A stretch of DNA of 45,334 nucleotides, taken from contig JBLGEO010000019.1 of NCBI GenBank assembly GCA_047445235.1, positions 1 to 45,334 on the forward strand, in the 5' to 3' direction. The stretch is from Candidatus Dojkabacteria bacterium. Lineage in GTDB: Bacteria > Patescibacteriota > Dojkabacteria > J137. Positions 16,516 through 26,321 of this stretch are shown here, piece by piece. The translations under genes and the position numbers were made by a program. The notes beneath the pieces are model-generated. The model saw nothing but the letters and a program-made list of their open reading frames with translations, was not told where the DNA came from and did no database searches. Numbering within the stretch: the stretch's first letter is position 1; each line of letters starts with the position of its first letter.

Positions 16516-19500
16516 TATGGTGAAATTGTCTTATTCGCACTTTTGTTTAGAACAAAGTATCCTTCAGTATCTTTTAAGTCAAAATTATTTCCAAAGAATT
16601 GATTATTTAATTTAACAACAGACTCGTATGTATTATCTGTAAACCTTGAGATCGTTGTACATTCTGCACCTAGTGTATTACATTTGGTAATAAAACTATT
16701 TGCAGTGTAATCAATAGTGGATAAAATTGCAGCTAAATTCCAACCAGTACTTAGATTTATTGGGACACTGCTGGTAAATTTCTGTCCTTTGAATTGTACA
16801 ATTCCGTTATCCAACGTTCTAACAAAATACCCTTCGCCTGGGATTAATGTAAAGTCGTTCCCAAAAGATTCTATTGCACCTTGTTCGTTCAATCTATATA
16901 CAAAGTGAATCCAATTACCACTGTCGTATTTTGAAATTTGTACAGCTGCTACTCCTTGATTATTAATACTCTTTATTAAATCTGAAGCCTTTGTAAAGTC
17001 TGCAGATGCAAAGTTTAGTGCAATTAGATTCCAACCTGCATTTAATTCGTAAGCAGATAGGTCGCTTAACTTTGCAAGAGTGACAGTATATTGAGTAGGA
17101 TCGATGTAAGGTTCGTTCGATTCTTTTATTCCATCGGAGTTAATATCGTCAAAATATTTAACTGTAACATTATTATTTAGAACACTAAACTCTGCATTTT
17201 TGAATCCTGGAATAACTATACTGTATGTTCCTTTGCTCAAAAGCGCTGGATCTAAAACATCTGGAACAGGTTGTGCATGAACAATCTTAACTGGAAATAA
17301 AGGTGAATCTATTAAAGAACTAGTTGGAGCTGGATCACACCATTTAATGGATACTGCACCTTTACACCTTTGAGTTCCAGGATGACCTACATTATCGTCG
17401 TAACAGTGGATGCCCTGATTTGCATACTTGCCACTTAATACATCTGAATTGCAAGCAGATGGTCCAACAGTTGTACCATTATCCTTCTCAACAGGTATAT
17501 TTGTTGTTGTGTCCTTCAAAGATGTACAAGCTTGAGCTTTTACATCTATAGGGTTTGTAATTAGATTATTGTTATTACAAGTTGCACCAACTTTAGTAAT
17601 TCCAGAAGTAGCTCCACCTGCATGAGTAGTTTTATACTCACAAATTACGGAACTTCCACTTGTAGTTTGCCTTACATCCGTAGTATCTCCATTTGAACAC
17701 GTAGTGCCTCCTGGACAATTATAAGTTTTTAAAAGATCTGTACATTTATCTACTACTGGACTATCTCCACAAATTGCTGCTTGGTTATCTGCAGATAAGA
17801 ATTGACTAAAAGTAGGTGTACCGGCGACATCTTTGCAAGTTCCAACTGAAACTGGAATGCTGGTTGTTGAATAACTACACCTAACATTTCCATCAGATTT
17901 ATCAGACTGAGTTCCAATAACACTTTGATTTAATCCAACACAAGAAACTGCGGGACATACAATATTTGTTACCTTATCACACGAAGTTATTTTACCTTGT
18001 GCTAATGCAGCAATACCAGTTGATGCACCTGAACCAGCAGAGCCTGCAGGAACTTGCTTATTAGCTTCAGTTCTTGTCTTAGGGTCGGTAGCCTTCTCAG
18101 GTTTTGTTGCTACAACATCGCCTCCACCAACAATTGGTTTTGTAGATTTAGTTGCATCTGGTGTTCCAACAGCTGTACCTTGGCAGTTTTTACCATTCCA
18201 TATAGTTGCAACTGGACATGTCTGCTGTGTTGCACTTGTTACAGTTGTATTTGCTTGCCCTACACAGGTACAAGGTCCAACATTAAATGATCCGCCAGCA
18301 CCACAAGTAACATTTCTTTTACATCCATTTCCACATGCTTCACTATAGGCTGAGTTACAAATTGGCTTATTATTTACTATACTTGTGTTTCCAAATGTTT
18401 GGTTTACTACAGGTTTTGTAGTATCTGTTGTAGTTGAACTATTAGTTGTATTTCCAGCTGGGGCTGGTTTAGGAACTACAGCTGGTGCAGGTTTACTTGG
18501 AAGTCCTTGTGCAAGTTTTGCTGTTCCTGTAATTGGAGCCGGTTTTGGTTGCTGTTCACTTGTACTAGTAGCAGGTTTAGGTTTATTTGTTGATGCTGTT
18601 GAAGGTGGATCTATTTTTTTCTGTTGAGCTGCTGCAGGTTTAGTTACTCCACCACCATTATCATTTATAGCCAAATCTGTTGTTAAGCCTAGCACGCCTG
18701 AATCTGCCGAAGCAGTAGCGTTATCACTAGAAGTAGATGCCGCAGATTCAGGAATATATCGAACATTAATAACGGCATTTTCTAAAGGTTTGTATTCAGT
18801 AAGTTTTAAGTTTGTCCATCCGTAGCCAATATCACTTCTTACCTCCATAGAAATGGTGTAATTTTCTTTATCCCATCCAAAAGTATCTCCATATTCTGTA
18901 TGTAAATTTGAAAAATCTCCAGACCATACTCCACCAGATCCTATTGCCGAAGAATACAAAGCACTTACATCTTCCTCATCATAAGAATCGACAAATCTAT
19001 AGTAGACAATTCCATCTGATGGGTTAGGTTCGTTGGTAGTAAAATTTACTATCTTTCCATAAGCAGTGTCTGGTTGATTTACTTTATCAGCTTGAGCTAA
19101 GGTAGTCACACTATTTTCAGGGATAGGTATATAAGTTCTTACACTTCCATTTATTCTAAAATAATACTTCTTTCCTGCCTCTAAATTTCTTAAAGTCACC
19201 TGGTGGAAATTTCTTGCTTTTGCCTTATCACCAGCATAGTAGGCGTTATTTTGAGAATCGAGATTAACGTCTCTATCATCATAAGCCACATTTTTAGTTA
19301 ATATTTTATCTACTAGTGGTAACCAGTTATCAGAATCGGAATATTGAACAGAAGGAATATTTGCACTTTCTGAGCTCCAAGAAATACTAAAACTATTTGA
19401 ACTTAAGTTTGTTACCTCAAACTCGTTAATATCTGGATTGCTATCTAGCAGGTATGCGACTATAAATATTAATAAAGAAGCAATTAAGAGGATACCGAGA

Positions 19501-19541
19501 ACTTTAAGAATTGTTTTTTGATTTGTTCTCAAGAACTGCAT
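16515..19541 (-). CDS. large (1008 aa) anchored surface protein with FN3-like domain, Pro/Thr/Ala-rich linker and Cys-rich modules
   Basis: N-terminal TM anchor and an FN3-like domain paralogous to the downstream gene (FEVTNLSSNSFSISWSSE..KKYYFRINGS). It also has long low-complexity PKPAP/TTT tracts and many paired Cys. Its stop overlaps the next start (TAATG on the minus strand at 16513-16517). Confidence 0.8.
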   Translation of the reverse strand: MQFLRTNQKTILKVLGILLIASLLIFIVAYLLDSNPDINEFEVTNLSSNSFSISWSSESANIPSVQYSDSDNWLPLVDKILTKNVAYDDRDVNLDSQNNAYYAGDKAKARNFHQVTLRNLEAGKKYYFRINGSVRTYIPIPENSVTTLAQADKVNQPDTAYGKIVNFTTNEPNPSDGIVYYRFVDSYDEEDVSALYSSAIGSGGVWSGDFSNLHTEYGDTFGWDKENYTISMEVRSDIGYGWTNLKLTEYKPLENAVINVRYIPESAASTSSDNATASADSGVLGLTTDLAINDNGGGVTKPAAAQQKKIDPPSTASTNKPKPATSTSEQQPKPAPITGTAKLAQGLPSKPAPAVVPKPAPAGNTTNSSTTTDTTKPVVNQTFGNTSIVNNKPICNSAYSEACGNGCKRNVTCGAGGSFNVGPCTCVGQANTTVTSATQQTCPVATIWNGKNCQGTAVGTPDATKSTKPIVGGGDVVATKPEKATDPKTRTEANKQVPAGSAGSGASTGIAALAQGKITSCDKVTNIVCPAVSCVGLNQSVIGTQSDKSDGNVRCSYSTTSIPVSVGTCKDVAGTPTFSQFLSADNQAAICGDSPVVDKCTDLLKTYNCPGGTTCSNGDTTDVRQTTSGSSVICEYKTTHAGGATSGITKVGATCNNNNLITNPIDVKAQACTSLKDTTTNIPVEKDNGTTVGPSACNSDVLSGKYANQGIHCYDDNVGHPGTQRCKGAVSIKWCDPAPTSSLIDSPLFPVKIVHAQPVPDVLDPALLSKGTYSIVIPGFKNAEFSVLNNNVTVKYFDDINSDGIKESNEPYIDPTQYTVTLAKLSDLSAYELNAGWNLIALNFASADFTKASDLIKSINNQGVAAVQISKYDSGNWIHFVYRLNEQGAIESFGNDFTLIPGEGYFVRTLDNGIVQFKGQKFTSSVPINLSTGWNLAAILSTIDYTANSFITKCNTLGAECTTISRFTDNTYESVVKLNNQFFGNNFDLKDTEGYFVLNKSANKTISP

Positions 19542-19643
19542 ATATTTATTTTTAACTATATATTGTAAAAGAATATATTTTTCTTCTACTCAAGTCAATA
19601 GAGTGGATATGATATAATTCTCTTCGTTAATTTAAATAAAAAT

Positions 19644-20528
19644 ATGATGGAAACTGTCCTGCTATATTACAAATATACAGAAATAAAAAATCCAGAAGAG
19701 CTTAGAGAAAAGCAATTCGAACTTTGTACAAAACTAGGTCTAAAAGGCCGAATTCTAATTGCTGCAGAGGGAATCAATGGAACTATTGGTGGTGATGAGT
19801 CTGCGTGCCAAGAGTATATAAAAGTAACTTCTGAATTTCCAGGGCTAGATGGAGTAGATTGGAAAATTTCTCATAATACAGATGAATCTTTCCCTAAACT
19901 AAGAGTTGTTGTAAGAGATGAAGTAGTCAGTTTTAGAGCACCTGTTGACCTAAAACATAAAGCACCATATATTCAACCAGAAGAATTAAGAGAAGTTCTA
20001 GAGTCAGATAAAGATGTAGTAATTATAGATGCAAGAAATAATTACGAATCAGATATTGGAAAATTTAAGAATGCAATTACCCCAGATATTAAAAACTTTA
20101 GAGAGTTTCCAGAATTTGTAAAAAGTATAGAGCACTTAAAAGATAAGCCAATCGTTACTTATTGTACTGGAGGAATAAGATGCGAGAAAGCCTCTGCTTA
20201 CTTAGTTGAACAAGGCTTTACGAATGTTAGACAATTACATGGAGGAATTGCTAAATATGGCGAAGAGGCTGGTGGAAAAGACTTTCAAGGTTCAATGTAT
20301 GTGTTCGATAAAAGAATACATGTTCCCGTGAATTCAGAAAATCCAGAAATTATCACAGAGTGTTTACATTGTGGTGTAAAAAGTGAAAAATATATTAATT
20401 GCTGTAATGCCAAATGCAATAAGCAGTTTATCTGCTGTGAAGAATGTGATGTAAAGTTTGACGGTGGATGTAGTAAGGAATGCAAAGAGCTTTCCAGATA
20501 TAAAGTAGAGAAGTCCTCAGTAAATTGA
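19644..20528 (+). CDS. trhO: rhodanese-domain tRNA uridine(34) hydroxylase (YceA/TrhO family)
   Basis: LLYYKYTEI..ILIAAEGINGTIGG, YCTGGIRCEKASAYL, and a C-terminal Cys cluster CLHCG..CCNAKCNKQFICCEEC are colinear with E. coli YceA. Confidence 0.85.
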   Translation: MMETVLLYYKYTEIKNPEELREKQFELCTKLGLKGRILIAAEGINGTIGGDESACQEYIKVTSEFPGLDGVDWKISHNTDESFPKLRVVVRDEVVSFRAPVDLKHKAPYIQPEELREVLESDKDVVIIDARNNYESDIGKFKNAITPDIKNFREFPEFVKSIEHLKDKPIVTYCTGGIRCEKASAYLVEQGFTNVRQLHGGIAKYGEEAGGKDFQGSMYVFDKRIHVPVNSENPEIITECLHCGVKSEKYINCCNAKCNKQFICCEECDVKFDGGCSKECKELSRYKVEKSSVN

Positions 20529-20662
20529 AACTTTCAAAGTAACTCCAAAACTTGTAAACTCTAAGGAGTTAATAATTTGCCTTCACGTACAAAAAAAAGT
20601 TTTAATACTAACTGTATTGCTTTGCCTTGTTTTAGGATTATATTTAAAAGAAGAAAAGTGTA

Positions 20663-21598
20663 ATGAAAAAGATAATAAAATTAACTATCATAATATTTAT
20701 TCTAATTCCTCTAAAGTTTGCATACGCAGACTCAGGGTTACTTATTTCTCCTGCAGTAAACGATCTAATTCTAAAACCTGGTGAGGCATATGCAGGAACA
20801 TTTAATATTAGAAATAACCACGAGTACAATATTTCCTTAGAGCTTCAGAAAGGTTCTCTAACATCAAAAGGAGAAGTATCACTAGATAGTTCTAATGATG
20901 TTTCTACACAATGGATAAGTACAAACCAAACAAATGTAGCAATTAACTCTTTTAAAGATCTTACATATAACTATTCCATTAACATCCCTTTAGATGCACA
21001 AGAAGGGTTTTATAGACCAATGTTTATTTTAAAGCTATCTTCAGAACAAAATGAAAGTGGTGCTGTAACATCTCTTACTCAACTCTTACCATTTCAATTA
21101 AATATTTTTGTAAGTGAGAATGGGAAATATGATGGTTTTTTAAAAATAAATAAACTAAATGTCGGAAGTACTATTCTTATCGGTAACCAACAGAAGGTTG
21201 ATTTTGCAGTAAGTAATATCAATCCATCTCCTTCTAAACCACTTATTAGAATCCAAGTCCTTTCTCCTGAAGGAGAAATTATCTATCAGTCTGTGAAAAA
21301 CGAAAGTTTATTAATCATAAATCAAAATCAAGAGATAGCACAAAGCTTAAATATTTCAGATTCATTTAATGATGGTTCAAAAATAGGCAGGTACACAATA
21401 GAGTTATATGTAAAAGATATTTTAACAAGTAGAGAGGTAACTTCTAGAATTGCTTTCTGGTACCTTCCACAGCCTTATGTTAATGCCGTTGTTGTCATAC
21501 TATTTGTTTTAGTCTTAGTTGCATTGTTGACCTTAAAGATTAAGAGAAATATTATTAAAAATAGGAAAGAAGATAAACATCTATTTATGTATAAATAA
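20663..21598 (+). CDS. secreted, C-terminally anchored two-domain beta-rich protein (architecture like DUF916/DUF3324 surface proteins)
   Basis: Signal peptide MKKIIKLTIIIFILIPLKFAYA, two ~120-aa beta-type segments, a C-terminal TM helix and a basic tail. The family guess is weak. Confidence 0.6.
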   Translation: MKKIIKLTIIIFILIPLKFAYADSGLLISPAVNDLILKPGEAYAGTFNIRNNHEYNISLELQKGSLTSKGEVSLDSSNDVSTQWISTNQTNVAINSFKDLTYNYSINIPLDAQEGFYRPMFILKLSSEQNESGAVTSLTQLLPFQLNIFVSENGKYDGFLKINKLNVGSTILIGNQQKVDFAVSNINPSPSKPLIRIQVLSPEGEIIYQSVKNESLLIINQNQEIAQSLNISDSFNDGSKIGRYTIELYVKDILTSREVTSRIAFWYLPQPYVNAVVVILFVLVLVALLTLKIKRNIIKNRKEDKHLFMYK

Positions 21599-21874
21599 CA
21601 AATTTTTTGCTTATAGGATTATTAGTTTCAAGAGGCGGAACACCTTCTTAGGGAAGACTTACAATAAATTCTCAATTTAGTTGCATAACCTCTGGCAGTG
21701 TCGGTACGTTACCTGTATACTGAGTTCAGTAGTATAAATTGTAGATTTTACTGTTTCTGTATTCATATATACAGCAAGCAGAATCGCGATTGAGATACTC
21801 ATAAAAGCAAGTAATTTAACCTTGCCTGGAGCTTATTCAGATATTATTAGTTTTACAGCGTTAGTTAACTTTTA

Positions 21875-24007
21875 ATGAGACTAAATAAACATTTCGTTAT
21901 CATTGCTTTCCTTGCAGCAACAGCAGTACTTTTTGTGACATTAGTTTTGAATTCAAATAGTATAGTACAAGCTCAGGTTGTTATGTGTACTCCAGTAGAC
22001 CAAATTAACACAAGCAGTTTTAATGGTTGCTGTGGAGGGAATTGTGGAGGATGTCCAACTAATCAGTTATGTAATATTGCAAATGGTGCTTGTGTTTCTA
22101 AATTTAGCTGTAATCCTAATACAGGAAGTGCTTCTACGAATAGCAAAGTTACAGGGCAGACTTTGAGATCAGTATTTCATGAAGAAGGGGACTTTGTAAA
22201 TCAGCTCATGTCATCTCTATATAAATTTGGTGTCACAAATCCTCAGGGTGGAGTTGTTTATTCAGATAATACTATTGATAACTTCTGTATTTCTACAAAA
22301 TTTACAGATATTATTCGTTTTACTGCAGATTCTGGAAATGTATTTGGTGGTAGTGAGAATCTATTTTATGGATGCGCTACTGGAACCAACAGAGCCATAG
22401 ATGGTGTGCTTGGTTTACAATACTGTTGCCCTTCGTTTGGTTCACAGAAAGGTGCGATCTTACAAGATGGAGCAAGTGTTAGATATTGCTGTCCAGCAGA
22501 TTCAACTGGTGTATCAGATGTAAATGGGAAAAAATTTTGTCAAACACCTTCAAATACAATTAACCCTCCCGAAGGAATTCCAGTTAAAAGTTTAAAAGAC
22601 CCACTAGGAGCTGTTCCAATAAATCGTAATGATGTTTGGTATCGAGATCAAGTAAGTAATAACTGTAGTAGTAACTTTGGTCCAGACCTTCAGGGTACTA
22701 CTCCAACTACTCCACCTGGAGAACTTACTGGTGGATATAAGTTAATTGATTCTGGCATATCTTGTGTAAACTCGAGGGGAAAATGTGGACCGGGGTATGT
22801 AAATATTCAAGATGCAGTTGATGGAGGTCAAATTCAGACGGCAACAAACCTAACTTCAAGTGATTTTAGTGATTTAGTAAAGGACACATATGGTAGTGAC
22901 AACTATCCAAAACTTTGCATAAAAGATGATATTAAGTATGGAATAACAGTATATCTTGCAAATCCAACAAATGTAGAGTCTGCTTCAAGACCATTCTATT
23001 TTGGTTCTCCGGTTAATGCGAGATTCTGTCCAGCAGGACTTGTGTCCTCACAGGGTGAAAGCAAAACTTTTGTTGGTGTAACAACTGTGGCAGGAGCTTG
23101 GGGTTGTTGTCGACCAGGTCAGAGATTCGCTTATACACGTAACGATGCAGCAGCAGCAACTACTCAGCAAGAAGGAGGTTGCTGTGATGGATCCGCTTCG
23201 CATATTGAAGTGGATTCGGCTAACGGTGTAAAAAGATGTATAAATGATGCTAATCAGATTGTTGGTGTTGTTGATAATCCTGCAGGATTCCAGGGCATAC
23301 CTATTGGTTTAGCTTCTGGAAATGTTGATACTACAACAAAACCATCCGATCCTGGTTATGACAGCGTAAGCACTTTAATAAAGTTTGGTACAGATATAGT
23401 AAATAAACAAATCTGTCCAACAAGCACAGCATGTGCAATTGTTGGTGGAAATACAATTGTTAAAGCTTCGGATTTGATTAATACTGCAAATTTAACATGT
23501 ACAAAATGTTTTGCAGATGGGGAAATTATCGCAGTAAATGAAAGTACTAACTCAATGAAAATTTGTAATGCGTCAGCTGCTGCTGGTACGGCCCCATTTA
23601 CAGAAGAGGGAAGATGTAATAATAGCACTACAGATACCATAGCCTGTGCTGTAAATGGAAAATACAATAAAACAAATCAAGATGGAACTCCTAGTAACTA
23701 TACACTTTGTTGTGCTTGTAGAGAATCTGGTGGAGTTTGGACTGGAATTGGCTGTACAGATACCACACCACTTGGACTTATAACTGGAATAATTAGAATT
23801 GTTTTTGGAGTTGTTGGAGGAATTGCTCTACTTCAATTGATTATAGCCGGAGTTATGTATCAAACTGGAGATGAAGCAAGAATAAAGTCTGCAAGAGATA
23901 GTATTATAAAAACACTAACTGGATTAGCAGTGCTTGTGTTTAGTATTCTAATCTTAAGAATAATTGGAATTAATCTTTTAGATGTTGTTCCAGCAGGAAC
24001 CATATAA
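21875..24007 (+). CDS. 710-aa Cys-rich secreted protein ending in a VirB2/TrbC-type (T4SS pilin-like) two-helix domain
   Basis: Signal peptide, a ~600-aa ectodomain with many Cys, and the C-terminus LITGIIRIVFGVVGGIALLQLIIAGVMYQTGDEARIKSARDSIIKTLTGLAVLVFSILILRII. That C-terminus matches the pilin-domain pattern common in CPR genomes: hydrophobic helix, then ..G(D/N)....AK.., then a second hydrophobic helix. Confidence 0.6.
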   Translation: MRLNKHFVIIAFLAATAVLFVTLVLNSNSIVQAQVVMCTPVDQINTSSFNGCCGGNCGGCPTNQLCNIANGACVSKFSCNPNTGSASTNSKVTGQTLRSVFHEEGDFVNQLMSSLYKFGVTNPQGGVVYSDNTIDNFCISTKFTDIIRFTADSGNVFGGSENLFYGCATGTNRAIDGVLGLQYCCPSFGSQKGAILQDGASVRYCCPADSTGVSDVNGKKFCQTPSNTINPPEGIPVKSLKDPLGAVPINRNDVWYRDQVSNNCSSNFGPDLQGTTPTTPPGELTGGYKLIDSGISCVNSRGKCGPGYVNIQDAVDGGQIQTATNLTSSDFSDLVKDTYGSDNYPKLCIKDDIKYGITVYLANPTNVESASRPFYFGSPVNARFCPAGLVSSQGESKTFVGVTTVAGAWGCCRPGQRFAYTRNDAAAATTQQEGGCCDGSASHIEVDSANGVKRCINDANQIVGVVDNPAGFQGIPIGLASGNVDTTTKPSDPGYDSVSTLIKFGTDIVNKQICPTSTACAIVGGNTIVKASDLINTANLTCTKCFADGEIIAVNESTNSMKICNASAAAGTAPFTEEGRCNNSTTDTIACAVNGKYNKTNQDGTPSNYTLCCACRESGGVWTGIGCTDTTPLGLITGIIRIVFGVVGGIALLQLIIAGVMYQTGDEARIKSARDSIIKTLTGLAVLVFSILILRIIGINLLDVVPAGTI

Positions 24008-24020
24008 ACAATTCCTAATT

Positions 24021-25457
24021 CTATCTTTCCCACTCTGCGTCTATTGCGTTTGGAATTTCAGTAATTATTTTTCCATCGACTGTGTCGTATATAACAAGAT
24101 CTGCTTTATAAGGCTTTCTTTGATTTACAAAACTTCTTTGATTTTGATAATCTAACAGTGCGTTTTTATTGTACCTCTCTGCAACAATATACCTATCGTC
24201 CCAACTAGGTTTAGGTAGCTCAAGAGATTCATCAGTTTGATCAAAAATCTTTTTAAATGTGTAGTTACTAGTACTATCTGTAACCCCTTCGCTAGTATTA
24301 AATATTCCTTGCGCTCCAAGCAAATCTTGGTAACGATTTCCAAATATAATATTATCAGACTTACTGGCAAAAACTGGGTCTACAATATAAGTAGAACCAT
24401 CTGTAATCTGAACTGTCTTTCTATCCGAAGTAAATACAACAATAAATGGAAAAGAAGAATAAGTCTGTAAAGGGTCGTAGTTAGTAAAAACAATCTTTGT
24501 TCCATCTTTATTAAATCCGCCAGTTCCAATAAACCTTCCAATAGCTATTGGGTCACTGCTTAAATCAAGCGGAGCTAAGTAGTAAAAAGATTCTGCTGAT
24601 CTATATAAAATGCTTCTTCCATCAGGACTAAAGTTTGCATCCATAACATCTTTGGCTGTACCTCCAGGGTTAAAATCTGAAACAGTTTGAGAATTAAGGT
24701 CGTAAATTTTAATTGTGCTGTTAGATAGAGGTTGAAGCAATTGTCCTTTTGGCTCTACCTCCTGATAAATAAATAAGAAAGAGTCTACAGCATGTGATAG
24801 ATCCATTATAGGAATACTAGCTTTTGTAAGGCCTAAATCTCTTTTAGCTCTAGTTCTAAGGTCAAAAGTCTTAATGTTATCTGTTTTATCTTGTCTTGTA
24901 GTTATGATTACAACAAAGTCTTTATTTACAGAGTATTGTTTTATATTGTCATCTTCAAAAAGGACTTCGAAGCTAGCATTCTTTACATTTCTAGAAATAA
25001 TTCTGTCCTTTGATTTAGGGTAGTTTTTTTCTAGATATGTAATTTCAAGTGGTTTTGTTTTAAAAGAATATTCAAAAGATTTTTCAACAGCATTTCCATA
25101 TACATCCTTAAATCCTTGTGCAACCTTAATTTTATAAGATGTATCTTCTACTAAAGTATCCTTAGGGATTATGTAGAGAGTGTTTCCACCCCAAGTTAAG
25201 TTGTAGTCGATAGCTGGCTCGATAGAAATATATTTTTTAAAATCTACAGGTTTATTTCCTTCAGAACGTTCTATTGGAGTGCTGAAATATATCTTAATCT
25301 TACTATCTAAAAATTCTGCAGTATTCGTCCCTCCATCTACATCTATATACCTTATATGAGGTCTTGAGAGAGTGTTTAGAAGTAGAAGTAATGCTGTTAC
25401 TAACGTTAAGAAAACAACAACTCCAATTACTATTTTGTTATAGCTTAGCTTTTTCAT
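24021..25457 (-). CDS. membrane-anchored protein with Ig-like (SbsA/Big_5-type) domain and TolB-like PD40 beta-propeller repeats
   Basis: N-terminal TM anchor, then the segment YISIEPAIDYNLTWGGNTLYIIPKD..YKIKVAQGFKDVYGN. Repeats of type FSPDGRSILY and FNKDGTKIVF follow. Its start overlaps the upstream stop (TAATG). Confidence 0.6.
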   Translation of the reverse strand: MKKLSYNKIVIGVVVFLTLVTALLLLLNTLSRPHIRYIDVDGGTNTAEFLDSKIKIYFSTPIERSEGNKPVDFKKYISIEPAIDYNLTWGGNTLYIIPKDTLVEDTSYKIKVAQGFKDVYGNAVEKSFEYSFKTKPLEITYLEKNYPKSKDRIISRNVKNASFEVLFEDDNIKQYSVNKDFVVIITTRQDKTDNIKTFDLRTRAKRDLGLTKASIPIMDLSHAVDSFLFIYQEVEPKGQLLQPLSNSTIKIYDLNSQTVSDFNPGGTAKDVMDANFSPDGRSILYRSAESFYYLAPLDLSSDPIAIGRFIGTGGFNKDGTKIVFTNYDPLQTYSSFPFIVVFTSDRKTVQITDGSTYIVDPVFASKSDNIIFGNRYQDLLGAQGIFNTSEGVTDSTSNYTFKKIFDQTDESLELPKPSWDDRYIVAERYNKNALLDYQNQRSFVNQRKPYKADLVIYDTVDGKIITEIPNAIDAEWER

Positions 25458-26320
25458 TAAGTTATATAAGGCTTATCTGGAATAGATGTAATTTCTACAT
25501 TTGATGGATCTATGTATAGATCATCGTACCCATCCTTACTAGACACAGCAAACTTACCTGTTACTTTTATCCAGTCTCCTTCTTTAAATTTATCTTTCCA
25601 ACTAAAATTAACTTTTAGACCTACGGGAGTTGCATCTGCAGCACAGCACCTAATTACAAATCTACCTACATAGAACTGTGAACTTGCATCCATATTTTTA
25701 GTTGTGAATATAAAACCTGTAACTTCTACATCTTTCCCTTTATAGAAATTAGGGTCAGGATTAAAGTTCATTGATGCAATCCAATCACCAAGATTGTAGT
25801 TCTTAGAGCCAGTATTGAAATTTTGAGTAATATCTCTTCCACTGTTAACAGTAACTGCATTCAAGTTGTCAGATCTCTGAGAAGCAACATTTGAGGAAAG
25901 TGTACTAGACGGGATAATAATTCCAGAAATAACAACAACAAGTATAAATATTGCAGGAACTATGTTCTTGTTTAAGTATTCATCAAGCTTACTATTTTTA
26001 AAAGGTATAAAAACAATACCAGCGGAAAGTAGTAAAGCAGGAGTAAATACTAGACCAACAATAATTGTAACTAATAAAAGTACAAACTTTTTATCACCAA
26101 AAATTTCTAAATTTTTCTTCTTAAGTAAAGTTTTTCTGTTTCTATAAACCTCATAAACTAGACCTATTGAGCAAATTACTGCACTTGCAATAGCTGCTCC
26201 TAGAATTAAGTTATAGTACCTATCTGTTGTGTAGTAGTTTAAATTCTTTTGAACAAACGCTGCAAACAGAATCCAGTAAGAATAAATTCCAATTGTTAAA
26301 AACCCGTAAATTCTTTTCAT
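25457..26320 (-). CDS. TIGR03943/DUF1980-family putative permease subunit
   Basis: N-terminal TM helices and a C-terminal soluble domain with the characteristic RCCAADA motif (FVIRCCAADATPVG). It is located directly downstream of a DUF318-type permease, the usual partner. Confidence 0.7.
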   Translation of the reverse strand: MKRIYGFLTIGIYSYWILFAAFVQKNLNYYTTDRYYNLILGAAIASAVICSIGLVYEVYRNRKTLLKKKNLEIFGDKKFVLLLVTIIVGLVFTPALLLSAGIVFIPFKNSKLDEYLNKNIVPAIFILVVVISGIIIPSSTLSSNVASQRSDNLNAVTVNSGRDITQNFNTGSKNYNLGDWIASMNFNPDPNFYKGKDVEVTGFIFTTKNMDASSQFYVGRFVIRCCAADATPVGLKVNFSWKDKFKEGDWIKVTGKFAVSSKDGYDDLYIDPSNVEITSIPDKPYIT

Positions 26321-26321
26321 T

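Noticed and set aside
20577-20663. 28-codon upstream ORF (TTG start, MPSRTKKSFNTNCIALPCFRIIFKRRKV). AAGGAG lies 8 nt upstream, and its TAA overlaps the ATG of the 20663 gene.
   Set aside because: Other genes in the window show almost no Shine-Dalgarno usage. The AAGGAG is also half of a possible stem (TAACTCC 20540-20546 with GGAGTTA 20565-20571). The ORF has a non-ATG start and no conservation evidence, so chance is the most likely explanation.
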